Part shown: positions 50,739 through 64,000 of the stretch, in pieces
Numbering within the stretch: the stretch's first letter is position 1
Layout: each line of letters opens with the position of its first letter
Assembly (NCBI RefSeq): GCF_009914755.1
Contig: NC_060930.1
Origin: the human T2T-CHM13v2.0 reference genome, Homo sapiens
Reading direction: 5' to 3' (one strand)
Length of the DNA stretch: 64,000 nucleotides
Translations under genes and position numbers: made by a program
The notes under the pieces: model-generated
What the model was told of the DNA's origin: nothing
The model's input: only the letters and a program-made list of their open reading frames with translations
Database searches by the model: none

Positions 50739-52924
50739 AAAGACAGGAGCGGCTTCATCCAGAACCCGGAAGGTCTGTCCCTCTACAGAAACCCAGATCT
50801 AATCGTGTCGCATCCCACACCAGGTAGGTCTTTCTCAGTTCTTTCTCTGCTCCCCTGTTTGGGCACTGAAGGAAGTTTGCAAAGCGTGTCTGGCCGAACG
50901 TTCTCATTGCTTGACGGACTTCATCGCAATAGAAGGACCTCTTCCAAGCTGATGGCTTATTCAAAGCAAAACTCTAGTTTTCCCAATGAGATTTTTACGG
51001 TCGGGTGTAAGGCTGATCTTATCAAAAGGCTCTGTCAGCACACAGTCTCTGGATTTACATAGGGGCCTCTCGAGAAAGCCACATGGCGTCAAGACAAGGC
51101 TGGACTGTAGCCTCTCTTTTGGTAACCAGATTGACATATAATACCCTTCCCAGTCTTGTTTTTCAACTTAAATTATATATTCCCCAAGTCCCTGGCTGAA
51201 TAAATAAACTGAATCAGGGGTGGGGTGTCCAACTTTGAATAACACCACTCTGGTCTGTGAAACTCTAGATGCCTTTGTCTGGGACCTAGACCCATTGTTC
51301 TTGCTTGGCAATAATGGTTTGATTCTCACATTAAATGCATTAGTTTGATAAAGGGCCAAGAAGTGCACACTCATGAATCTGAAATGACCCCTTTCCTTAC
51401 CAAGGCCCTGGCATGGACAGCTATCTGCAGGAGATGAAAGGGGCCCAGCTTCTATTTTTGTGGTCTCCCCAAGGAGCAAACTTTTTATGTCTACTTTGAT
51501 GTAGACATAAAAAGGCATTTCTATACCAGCAATCCTTTAGCATGAGCATTTAGCATGAACATTTTGTATCTGCCCAGGAATTTCCAAACTTTGATGCCAT
51601 TACAGTCTGAGAGAGCATGACTGACGCAAGTGAGCCGGGAGCACAGGCAGGAGCACAGAGCCCAGCTGCCTCCCGCACCCCCTCCACCCACCCCATCTAC
51701 AGCTCATTGCATTAGCAGCCGCCTCTCGCCCCTCTACCCACGCCATCTAGAGCCCACTGCGTCAGCCCAGAGGATATGTCATTTGGCAGCAAAGCCTCAT
51801 CACAGATAGAACCAGCTCCTCAGGCACCCTCATTCCTGGAGAGGCACTTGACGGGGCAGAGCCTGAAGCAGAGTTTCCAGGAAGACAAGAAGGCCAACTT
51901 CCCTAGGAACTGCAGATGGAGGTCCCGCTCATGTGTTTCTGCGAATTAAGGTGGGGCCTTGGTGAAAGAGCAGAAGAGCTCCCCAAGCTGCCTGGGCCCA
52001 GGGCTCAGGCTGAGTAAGGGCTGCGTGCACGAGCTCCACCAGATCTCAAAAATGCGCAGTCACCATGTCCTCGTTGGGCCCGTCTTAGCCTGCCCCAGCT
52101 TGGGGCAGAAAGGGGCAGAGGGTGGTACAGTGCAGGGGAGCTGGTAAAGACTGGACAGGGAACTGCAAACCCCGCCCTTCCAGGGCCTTCCAGCCAAGTC
52201 TCAGTTTCTTTTAGGCTCCTCTCTTCCTTAGGATTAGCCTCCGCCCTCACTCACAGGCCGACCGAGGCTAATCCTCTGCCATTTCTATATGTGGACCCTG
52301 GGCAATATCCACTATACAGTGCTTTACTTTATCTACAAAATGGGGCTCATTGCCCCTTCCTTGGGTTGTTGGATGGGTCCTATGAGTGATCAAAGAGCCC
52401 AGGGCATGGGATTATTATTACTGTACTTTCTGGGACTGCAGGGTCTCCCCTCACACCATCAGCTTATCAGAGAAGAACCAAAGCCTGGCTGTCCCCAAAT
52501 GGCCTATGGAGCCAGGCCAGCATGTGGGCCCTCCCTGGTGGTCACACCTCACCATCCAGCACTCAGGGGCCTCTCGTCTCTTCCCACTAACAGAAAGAAA
52601 TGTTGTGCGGCCACCGGCCTCTGTCTGAGCACAGGAGACACCAAATGGGAGGGTTCTGGCAAACGGAGTGGGAACTTGGCCCCCTTCTCACACCGTGCTC
52701 CTATCCTCTGGAATGCAGGGAGGGAGGCTGCGTTCTGCATGTGGCGTCTCTGAAACTAAATGCTCCTTATTTTATGCATACCCAGCCAAAGCCAACAGGA
52801 CACTCACCCACCAAAGACGGGCCTTCCCATTTATACACGAAGGCCAGGTTTCCCAAAGTCATGCTCAGGGGACCCTAGGAAAAAAGTTTCATCTTGAATT
52901 GGCTCTAATCTTACTGAGGAGATG

Positions 52925-53238
52925 AATAATAAATAATGATAATAATAATAATAAACATATATTTATAATATGTGTATTATATATTACATAACATATATTT
53001 ATATAATATAAATATAATTATTATTAATTTATTAATTTTATTAATTATTAATTAATACATTAATTTTTTTAGAGATGGGATCTCACTATGTTGCCCAGGC
53101 TAGAGTGCATTGGCTATTCACAGACGATCATGATGCAATCATAGTGCACCACATCCTCAAACTCCTGGACTCAAGTGATCCTCCCTCCACAGCCTCCCAA
53201 GTAGCTGAGACTGCAGGCACACGCCACTGCACCCAGCC
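52925..53238 (-). mobile_element. Alu monomer (FLAM/AluJ) with an expanded AT-rich tail (52925-53070)
   Basis: tagagatgggatctcactatgttgcccaggct...; tail almost pure A/T. Confidence 0.8.
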
Positions 53239-54450
53239 CTGGACTATTAACTTTTATATTTTTTATATCCATAGAGTCAGGCAGCTTCTGATGCATAGTA
53301 ACCATGTAATAAATGTTGAATGAATAAATGTGAATGACCATACCCATACATAGACATATGCATTCATATAAATCTCAGCTTCTCATCTCATTCTCCCAAG
53401 CAATGCTAACAGCCTTGACAGCTTTTGACAAACTGATTCACAACAAAGCCTTGATTTTCCCATCCATGAAGTGGGGCTAAAATATGCCTAAATCTACGGA
53501 TTGCCTTTAGAATTCAGTCTCCTTCAAAATTTCAAACTAAGGGTCTCACCCCCATTAGCGCATCACGAAGTCAATTTAGTGAACTGTGACCAACATTTTT
53601 TAAAAATGAGGTAGAAAATAAAAGGACCTACCAGAAAATATGATTGGAAATATCCAATCAGAGTGGAAATATCAGAGTCGATCATGGGGAGGAAGGTAAA
53701 GTAGGTCACTATTTCGTGAAGCTTTTGCTTTGGTTACGTATGTGGGTATGTGCTGGGTTGGAAATGTCAATTGCAGTAAAAAAAAAAAAAAAAAAAAAAA
53801 AAGGCTTGGAAGTCACAGCCCCCTAGTAGAGTGTCCACGGCCAGGTCTGAGGATGGGACACGGTGCCGTGCCTTGCTTTGTGGAGCCTGGCTACACCCTG
53901 GGTTGGCAGAAGTGTTTTTCCCAGATCTGTGGAGTGGCTGCTGCTGTGCTGCAGCCCCTCTGGGATGTGTTTACTTTTTCACAATGCAAAGCTTTCACCT
54001 AGAAAATAAGCCCTGAGTGAAAAATCCAGACTCATGTAAGTCTGACATTTATTATTTGAAGGTAAAGAAACTACAATTAGGACTAAATTGGTCTCTTCTC
54101 AGGGGATGCATAAACACATCCCCCAGAACCTTTTTTAAAACATTGCAGACAGGGCCTGTAGTTCCCGTGTGAACGTCTTGGATCCAAAGGCTTATCTTTG
54201 AAGGAGAAAAGTTGAGGCTTGGAATTATAGAATCCTGAGCCCTTGGAGTAAGAAAGGTCCTTTGGAGTCACTGACCAGCCCCGGGCACAAGTCCCCTTTG
54301 CCAGGTCACTCCCTGAGCTAGGGATTTCTGCTTTCTGCTGGTACAAAACCCTGCTTCTGTCACTTTCAATTATTGATCTAAAAGCCAAAGAGAAAAGAAC
54401 TCTGCTCCCATGTAAAGTCCCTCAATCAACTTATCCTAAAGAGTTATTGA

Positions 54451-54748
54451 CTTTTTTTTTTCCTCCTTTGAGACAAGGTCTTGCTGTCACCCAGGCTGGA
54501 GCGCAGTGATGTTGTCATGTCATGACTCACTGCAGCCTGGGACTCGAGTTTAAGCGATCCTCCCTCCTCAGCCTCCTGAGTAGCCGAGACTACAGGTGCA
54601 TGTCTCCATGCCCGGCTAATTTTTTTTTTCTTTTGCAGAGACCAGGTCTCACTCTGTTGTCCAGGCTGGTCTGGAACTCCTGGGATCAAACCACCCTCCT
54701 GCCTCAGCCCCCCAAGGTGCAGGAATTACAGGGTCACACCATGCCCAC
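54451..54748 (-). mobile_element. AluJ
   Basis: Diverged reverse Alu. Confidence 0.88.
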
Positions 54749-54920
54749 TGAGTTAAGACTTTTTGATAGCCAAGTGATTGTACAAGCCTCTGAGCTCAAC
54801 CCCACTTGAATCATCTTGAAAGACTTGATCATAATTCAAGTTCTTCTTTGGCACATTTTTATCATTGGCTATGGATTTACATAAAACACAATGAGTCACA
54901 GAGTGGAGAGAGCTATTAGA

Positions 54921-55271
54921 TTGGCAGTCCCCAACATTTTTGGCACCAGGGACCAGTTTCGTAGAAGATGATTTTTCCACAGATGGTGGGGTGGGGGGTG
55001 GTTTTGGGATAAAATCGTTCCACCACAGATGATCAGGCATTTCTTAGATTCTCATAAGGTATGTGCAACCTATGTTCCTCACACGCAGTTCACAGTAGGG
55101 TTTGTGCTCCTGGGAAAATCTAACGCCACCGCTGGTGTGACAGGAGGAGAAGCTCAGGCAGGACTGGTCGATCACCCGTCACTCACCTCCTGCTGTGTGG
55201 CCCGATTCCCAACAGGCCACAGACTGGTAGCAGACTGGTACCAGTCTGTGGCCTGGAGGTTAGGGACCCTT
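54921..55271 (+). mobile_element. MER1B-like hAT-Charlie MITE
   Basis: gtccccaacatttttggcaccagggaccagtttc...ggttagggaccc. Confidence 0.82.
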
Positions 55272-56829
55272 ACATGACATGAATGTAAGGAAACCAAATA
55301 CCCACAAAGAGAAACCTGACCGGTGCTACCCACATCCAGTGTCACTCTCCCTTATGAAGAACTGAACTTCCAAGGTCTAAGCAGAGAAGGGCTTCAACAA
55401 GACAGTGTGTCTCCAGGTGGACAGAGGAGCTGGTGACATGGCCCCAGACTATGTGTGTCCTCCTTCCCTGTGGGGGTCCGTGCTGACTTCTGCTGTGGAA
55501 ACTTCCTCTTGTCTCCACACCCGTGTCGCTGCTCCATCAGAGCCCCCTTAAGCATGCTCAACACATTTTATCCGCGGATGCTCTGGGCACTCAGGAGCAT
55601 ACTGAAATTTGCAGCAAGAGGATCACCCCCACTGTGCAAGAATCAAAAAGGGAATAGGCTTGAGGCATTGCTTTTGACGCCATGGACTCTTAGGGCTCTC
55701 AGTCCTGCCTGGGCCCCGGCTCTCGTTCTCTCCAACATGACGCCATCTGCTCAAGCCCTTCTGGAATCCTGTGCTAGAAGAGCACTTCACTTTATAGCCA
55801 AAGGTTCCATCTGGGCTTCCGGGTTTCCATCCTGGCCTGAACCACTTCTCCATTACTCACTAGCTGGATCTACCCTGCAACAAACCTCAGCTCCCTCTCC
55901 TACCAGCCAACAGGATCTGGATCTTATCACATGAAGTCCCCCTCAACCCACCCGCACTGTGATCCAGTAGCCTCATTGCTCCTTTTTCCACCCCACCGTC
56001 ACCCCCCACCCCCAACAGAAAGTGAAAGAGTGCCTTCTCCAGACTTAAGGGACTCACACCTGAGTTCCTGTGCCCACTCTGGTGGGCTCCATTAGGCACT
56101 CGTTATTTTTCTAAGTAGAGATGAATAAGTAAACACCACAGTGAATAGTCACATCCTCCCTTACTCAGAGACCAAACTCCCAGGCACTGAGGTGTCCCTA
56201 GAGACCTGCTCCAGTGTCCCCACATCCCTATCCCCATCAGCCTAACAGTCGCTTGTTCATTCATCACTGACACTTGTTCTGGGACTCTCATCTGTCCCCT
56301 GTCCTGTGCCCCACAGCTCCAGACATTCTGATGGTGGTTATGAGAATGGTTGTCATCGTTCTCACATGGGAAGCCCCACTTCTACCTCCAAAAGCATATC
56401 GGGGCCCAGGCACATGAGTCAGCAGATCCAGAGAGAAGCAGACAGCAGAAGCTGCCCCAAATCCAGTTCTAGTCATTCAACCACAAATGCAGAGCAAAAT
56501 GCATCCCTCCTCAGACCCTCTCAGACACCGCACCCTTGACTTCCCAGGAGATATTTGATACACTTAGATAGCATTTGAACAAGACTTTACTGGTGTACAT
56601 TCATTCCTACAATCTTAGCACTGGAAACATCTCTGAGATCCTTTGATCTCTCTTATCGTTTTTACAGGGTAGAAGCTAAAGCCCAAGGGATTTGTCCAAA
56701 TCCAGTCAGCTTGTTACTGAAATGACAGGGGCTGGTATACACCGAATGCCAACATGCCCCACATGATCTCCCCAAGGTGCCACATAGGGCAGTTGGACAC
56801 TAAGGTCTTTGCCTTTCTTCCTACTGAGA

Positions 56830-57705
56830 GGTGGGGACAATTCCCTGCACCTTTTAAAGCTGAGTGGGCTCTTGGCTCCTCTGACTAGTAGAGTATGGTG
56901 GTGGAAATGATGCTGCATTCTACTGTGAGGTCACAAATAGCCCTACAGTTGCTCTTTGGAACCCTCGCTCTTAGATCCCCGAGCCACCGTATAAGAAGTC
57001 CAGCTACCCTGAGGCCGTGGACTGCAGCTGCACTCCAGTCTTTAAGCCCAGCTGTGCTCGGGTGTCTCACTTTCTACACCCCACCCTCAGCATCAGATAT
57101 GTGAGTCTCAGACCACCCAGACTGGCCAGTCTGCCCACTGAATACCACCAAGTGATGCCAGGCAATTCCACACAGAGAATAAGAACCGCCTGGCTGAGCC
57201 CTGCCTGAAATCCTGACCCACAAAGTCATGAACTATATGTATATATATGACTGTTATTTTAAACCACTAGGTTTTGGAATAATTTCTTGTGCAGCAATGA
57301 AAAGCTAGAACACTGCCTGACCTCCTATACTGGTTTGCTAGGGCTGCCATAACAAAATATTGCAGACAGGATGGTTAAACAGAATTTTATTTCTCACCAT
57401 TCTTGGGCTGGAAGTCCAAGATTTAGGTGTCTATGGAGTTGGTTTCTCCTGAGGTCTCTCTTTGGCTTGTAAGTGGTGTCTTCTCCCTGTGTCCTCACAT
57501 CACCTCCCCTGTGTGTGTGTCTGTATCCTCATCTCCTCTTCTAATAATGACACCAGTCAGGTGGGATTAGGGCCCACTCTAAAGATTACATTTTTACTCC
57601 TTTGCTCCTGTAAAGACCCTATCTCCAAATAGAGTTACATTCTGAGGTACTGGGGCTTTGAACTTCAACATATAAACTTCGGGGGACATAATTCAACCCT
57701 CATAC
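56830..57705. mobile_element. Two adjacent MLT1 LTRs (56830-57312 and 57325-57705)
   Basis: ttttaaaccactaggttttgg...gcagcaat end; gctagggctgccataacaaa...ataattcaaccc. Confidence 0.72.
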
Positions 57706-57977
57706 CTCCTTAAAAGGACGATTGACCTGTCTGTAATTCACATTCCCCAAGTACTGAGTTCTCACTGCTCTAGTAGGAATACCAACTCACTGCATATTCT
57801 TACTCAGACACTGGATAATCATATGTACTAAACTGAAATTGAAATACTATACAGGGACAAGAATGAAAGTTATGATTATGTGAACTCCTCCCTTGTGTAC
57901 AATGGAAATACTGTGCCCACCTCCCGTGATCATGAGAATAGGAAAAGCCCCAGGGGTGTGACGACAACCGGCCAAGG

Positions 57978-58222
57978 AGGCTGGAGTCCTAGGTCACGCC
58001 TGCGCATGCTACCCCAGGGCCTCTTCTTCAGGGTGCTGGGGGGAGGGCCAAACCTGCCAGGCTGGAGTCCTAGGTCACGCCTGCGCATGCTACCCCAGGG
58101 CCTCTTCTTCAGGGTGCTGGGGGGAGGGCCAAACCTGCCAGGCTGGAGTCCTAGGTCACGCCTGCGCATGCTACCCCAGGGCCTCTTCTTCAGGGTGCTG
58201 GGGGGAGGGCCAAACCTGCCAG
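57978..58222. repeat. Minisatellite, 3 x 81 bp, identical copies
   Basis: aggctggagtcctaggtcacgcc starts at 57978, 58059 and 58140. Confidence 0.98.
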
Positions 58223-59689
58223 AGTTTTTCAGGCACCAGCACAGATGGCTGCCCTGTGAGCCTGGCTCCCACAGTCAGGCTGTTAGGTTAGGCACAAGTC
58301 CCACCTGCTGAAAAAAAGGGACAAACAGGATGCTCAGTGTTCCATTAAGGATCTCGCATTTCACTCAGCTCTGCAAGCTCCTGTCATGAATGACGTGTGT
58401 GATGCTGGGCCAGCCAGGCAGGGCCAGGGTGGGCAGCAGATGGGCACACTGACTTTCCCCTCTGCAGAGCCCAGAGCCAGGCCCGAGCCCCCCCAGCCTG
58501 ACAGCAAAGTGCGCTTGGCAAGCAGAGCCCGTGTCTGGTTTATGTAGAGCAAGGAAACCACTGGCAAGCGGCTCTCTTGGCCAGTGCTGTGGGACACAAC
58601 CTTGGCCCAGATTGCAGGGGTGTCTGGTACAAGCGAGGGGGGCTCTGCAGCATCCCGCAGGGAGAGTGCCTGTCCTTGGAGTAGAAGCTCAGTTCACAGC
58701 AACAGAGCTGAATCCTTCATCTGGGAAAGCTCTTTTTCCTCTGTCAGGTCACCTCACAGCATCCTCCCTACCACGTGGTTGTTTTCAACATTCAAGCTTC
58801 CCCAGGTGTCCCCTTTGTGTCTGCACTTCCAGCTCTCCTGTGCCTGTGTTGTGCTACCAAATTCTTCAAAAAGGGAACTTGCAGCCTCTCCCCTCAGCTC
58901 CGTCTGCCAGGCCCTGGCCTCAGATCCTGCTGGTCTGAGCTGGGCGCCTGTGGGATTGTGCCTTACTCACTGTTCCTGCCTCTGAAACCTTCTCATTTGA
59001 GATGGGCTGCTCTTCCTGAGGCCTGCAGGCCTGCAGCAATTTGTTAGGCACAGGGCAAGCACCCTTGGGTGTGACTGGGGGAGTCTGGGTCATAATGTGT
59101 GCTTTATCATTGGAGAGAGTCAGAGACCCAGGCCAATGGACAAATGCACCTAACCCCCTCAAAACTACTTTCTTTAATGCATGAGGTTATTTTCCTCCAC
59201 CACAGACTCTATCTCAGAAGCAAAAAGCCATCCATGAACAAAGACCTGGGACCAAGCCGACTCATAATACTAGTGGGAAACAGCCCCACCAGCAGCTCGC
59301 ACCTGCATCCTGCTCTCCCGCTGCCTCACTGGACCCTTGCAGTTAACTGGGACTTCAGCAGAGCAGAGCCTCATCTTACGGAGGTCAAGTGTCCCACTGC
59401 TGCAGGGCCTTCAACCTGGGTGAGACGTGGCCAGGGTGAGGAGAGGGCGGGATGTGGGCACATAGCCCAGTACTCTTTCCCAGGCATCTGCCATCTGGGG
59501 CCAGTGGGTCACACGAGCCTCCCAGCCCACACCACAGCAGCCATGTCTCATGCTCCCTCACCATGCGGGTCCGCCCACCCCAGATGCTCCCTCCAGCCCA
59601 AAGTGTTCACAGCACCAACATGACTCAGCTTCAGCAGAAGGCAGGGATTCAGGGCAAACACAGGGATGTGTTCATGGCATGACCCAAGC

Positions 59690-60665
<976 letters not shown>

Positions 60666-62244
60666 TGACTAAGGGGCTCCCTTTTTCCCTCTGAAAAGCA
60701 GTGTGGGTTTCCTAGATTCCAAGAAGGGAGACCAAGTCTTTGACAGAGGCAGAAATCATGCCACACTAGGGATAACTGGCTGGAATCGAGGGCGGCTGGA
60801 GGACATTCTAGCAGATGTGAGCCGCTGCCTTTAAGTTCCCGGGGAGCTGGCTTTGGAAACAGACTTGGCCTTGTTCTGTTGGATTCAGAAGTCAGATAGA
60901 GAGACAGCCAGGAGGCCAAAGCTATGGGGGAGGATTCCAACTCCACATACGTGAGGCCCTTCTCATCATTCTAGCTGTTTGAGCATGAAACACTTGACTT
61001 CAGCCAGGCCCGAGCCTGCTCCAGCACACGCGCCTCAGGAGGGAGGTACAGGCTGGACAATTGCCTTCAGAGGACGATATGGAGGGTTTGGGGTATGATG
61101 AAGAAGATTTCTAAGAATCAATTATGCTGAGAAATTTTAACAAATATAAGGCAGAGCATTACAATGATAAAACAATAAGAAAATACTAAAGAGTAATGTT
61201 AGACACCTCTAACCTAAGATCTTGGTCTCCATGTCATTCTAATAATGACATGTATTTGGCCAATGGATTAATAAAGTTGTTATTAAAAGTTTCTCTCCAG
61301 TTTTTACTATTGTGGTATAATGTATCTAGCTGGATAAAAGTAATGTATCAATAATCACACAGTTATGTTGATGCTCAAAATATACTGAACTGTATGAGCG
61401 AAATAACATTTTCAACTAAGGTAAGCACAGTATTGCCAGAATTTATATATTGTATAGATCTACAATTTAATTTTCAATTTGATCATAAAATCTCATTTGC
61501 TGTTTTTTATCTTAGGAACCCAAGGGCTGTTTAACTTAGACATTTATGATGTACTAAAGTAATTGTAAGGCTATTTAAATAGTTAAGCATTAAGCGCGCA
61601 TGAATTTACAGTTCTATAAATGTCCTCTTGAACTATATAAGATATGGTACTCCTGGATACCCAGCTGAGAAACCCAAACCAGTTTCACACTGCCAAATAA
61701 TTCATTTTCAATCAGGAAGCAATGTTTTTATCTTCACAGATTTAAGTTCATGAGCTTGACCAGGACACAGAAAGAGTCTGATTAATCAATCTGGTAACTT
61801 AGCAAATATCTAGTACTTGTCTGAGGCCGGACACTCTGAATATAGCAGTGAGAAAGACAAACGCAGCCCCTGCCCTCATGGAGCGAAAACATCATTATTC
61901 ATCTCATAAGTGACACAGGCTGAAAGTTAACAGGCTGGAACTAAGGCTGGGAGGAGGGAGGGCGTGTCGGGCACAGCCTCCATGGAGAAGGCACATGTCG
62001 GCTGAGCCCTAAAGGGTGGAGTGAAAGAGGTGAGGGGGATGTTTGCTGGGGGTGGGGTCGTTGCAGGTGGAGGAAACCTCATGTCTCACCACGTGAGAAC
62101 ACAGCCCTTCAGACCTGGCCGCGAGAGGCCAGGGAGGGTGGCGGGGACAGGAACACAGTGCAGATGGGCTTTACTCTTTACTTACATTTATCTTTATCCC
62201 ACACATCTTTATTCCTTATCTGAGCATCATGACCCATCAAAATA

Positions 62245-62292
62245 TGTGTGTGTGTGTGTGTGTGTGTGCGCACTCACGCGGGTATGTGTGTG
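62245..62292 (+). repeat. (TG)n microsatellite
   Basis: tgtgtg...tgcgca. Confidence 0.9.
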
Positions 62293-62438
62293 TTGGGTCC
62301 AGATGTAAGAAGTCTTCCTTAAAATTGACACGAGTCAAAACCTGAAAAATATGGCTTTCTCCTGAGTGAACTGGGAAACTATTGAAGGCTTTTGGGCCAC
62401 AATGCTGACCAGATTGCATTTTAAAAGTTCTACCCTGG

Positions 62439-62737
62439 GGCCAGGTGCGGTGGCTCATGCCTGGAATCCCAGCATTTTGGGAGGCCCAGGCGGGTGGATC
62501 ACCTGAGGTCAGGAGTTCAAGACCAGCCTGGCCAACATGGTGAAACCCCGTCTCTACCAAAAAAAAGTAACAATTAGACGGGTGTGGTGGTGGGTGCCTG
62601 TAATCTCAGCTACTCGGGAGGCTGTGGCAGGAGAATTGCTTGAACCTGAGAGGCAGAAGTTGCAGTGAACCAAAACCGTGCCACTGAACTGAGGCCTGGG
62701 TGACAGAGCAAGACTCCTTCTCAAAAAAAAAAAAAAG
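62439..62737 (+). mobile_element. AluS inside an L2
   Basis: Exact 16-bp TSD AAAAGTTCTACCCTGG at 62423-62438 and 62733-62748. Confidence 0.96.
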
Positions 62738-63453
62738 TTCTACCCTGGTAGCAGAGAAGAGAAGGGACTGACGGGGAATGAGACTGGAAGCCAGGGAAGG
62801 GGCTGCAGTGGAGAGAGCTGGTGCTGTCCCACATCCGGGTCGTGCCAGTGGGGGTGAAGGAGACGTGGATAAGTGTGAGAACTATTCAGGAAAGAGAAAC
62901 ACCAAGATTTGGCGGTGAATTAATATGTGAAATGAGGTGATGGGAGGAGACTGGAGTCAGTCTCCCAGGAAGCCGGCCTGACAATGGCTTGTACGGTGGG
63001 GCTGCTTTCTACAAAAGGGCATCCTGGGCAGGAAGCAGGCTTGGGAAATGTCAAGTGTGAAGTCCTGTGAGCTGTTAATCTGGAGATGTTGAGCAAGTCG
63101 TCGGATATGTGGTCTGGAGTTTGGAGAGACAGACAGGATTGGAATGAGGTTTACTCAGCAGTTAATTCCCAAGCCCGTACTCTTTGCCAGATGCTGCACC
63201 TTATGTTCTAGACCTCCATTAGTAAACGAACAGGTGCTAACACTGCCACCTGGAACCCAGAGCAGCTGCCATTTAAATGGAGCAGAGGTACAGGGATGGA
63301 TACTTACCTAGGGTGAGTGTTTTCAGTATGTTGAAATGGGCTGCTACACCCATGATTGAAATAGAAGAATACTCAGCAGAAGGAGACCGAGACATGGAAA
63401 AACCAGCAGCATGTTCCGTCCTAAGAGACAAGGAAACAAAGCATTGCCAAGAG

Positions 63454-63551
63454 GTGAGTGCGGGTGTCCAAGTCGATGCAAATATCAAATTGAAATGACA
63501 GATGTCGCCCACGTGATGGAGGTACTAACAATTTTCTCTCCTACTTCCCAG
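63454..63551 (+). other. Candidate 98-nt U2-type intron of a probable lncRNA
   Basis: GAG|GTGAGT donor, TACTAAC branch point 63523-63529, pyrimidine tract, CCCAG|G acceptor. Confidence 0.5.
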
Positions 63552-64000
63552 GTATGCTCTGAGGATGAATAAGGGAAGAAATATTAAAGCCCTATAAATT
63601 TCAGGATAGAAATTGCATATAAAATAGTTTTCATTATCTTTATTATCATCATTGTAACGGTAATGTCAAAGGTCAATGCCAGGAACCACAACTGTAAAAA
63701 GTTAAAGTGCCATCATCCATGATGACTTTTAGAAACAGAACAGGGGGCTATATGAAAAAATAAAACATAGTGAAACTGTAAAAAGAGAAAACAGAAAAAT
63801 AAATCAGGTTCATATTTCCTGGCATTCCCAGTAAATGGTAGCTATTTATTTGTTGATGTGTTTATTTATTTACTGTTCTCCGTATGAAGATGTGTAGAAT
63901 GCAATTAGTGCTTTTCTGATATTGAATAATCTCACAAATCAAAGAACTCCCACTTTCTTGATGGCTAAGTCTCATGAACACAGAGAAGCTATCAGAGAGC

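Noticed and set aside
53778-53802. Isolated poly(A) run as a processed-pseudogene tail
   Set aside because: No upstream poly(A) signal, ORF or TSD; likely slippage within an old repeat
55455-55934. 159-aa ORF (and the 154-aa ORF at 52289 and 174-aa ORF at 59099)
   Set aside because: No recognisable domain, non-ATG starts, no exon structure; expected by chance in GC-richer DNA
57880-58311. 143-aa ORF with three 27-aa repeats
   Set aside because: GTG start; length inflated by the 81-bp DNA repeat; no coding or splice support

Overview
Primate genomic DNA, most likely human or great ape (AluY/S/J, L1PA and LTR12C are present). It is intronic or intergenic and, by eye, roughly two-thirds interspersed repeats. 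I found no credible protein-coding gene: the listed ORFs are Alu, L1, LTR or simple-repeat read-throughs. The main structure is a nested retroelement stack at ~12.3-25.3 kb. An old MLT1 LTR hosts an LTR8A-like LTR and an MLT1C-like LTR, both inserted at the same CACC(C) site. The MLT1C-like LTR hosts an ~11-kb degenerate ERV1 provirus (MER39-like LTRs, Ser-type PBS, PPT, 4-bp TSD), which itself carries a CpG-rich LTR12C, a MER57A1 LTR, an L1PA fragment and six Alus. Other notable observations: an exact template-switch inversion forming a 71-nt hairpin with a perfect 27-bp stem (36301-36371); a textbook 98-nt GT-AG intron with a TACTAAC branch point and downstream poly(A) signals (63454-63551); a candidate 36-nt exon (40478-40513); two 3-copy minisatellites (98 bp and 81 bp); and candidate ARE and CTCF sites. 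Repeat family names come from recalled consensus sequences, not a database search, so subfamily labels are provisional. No RNA genes or CRISPR arrays were seen, and no new biological system is established by this sequence alone.
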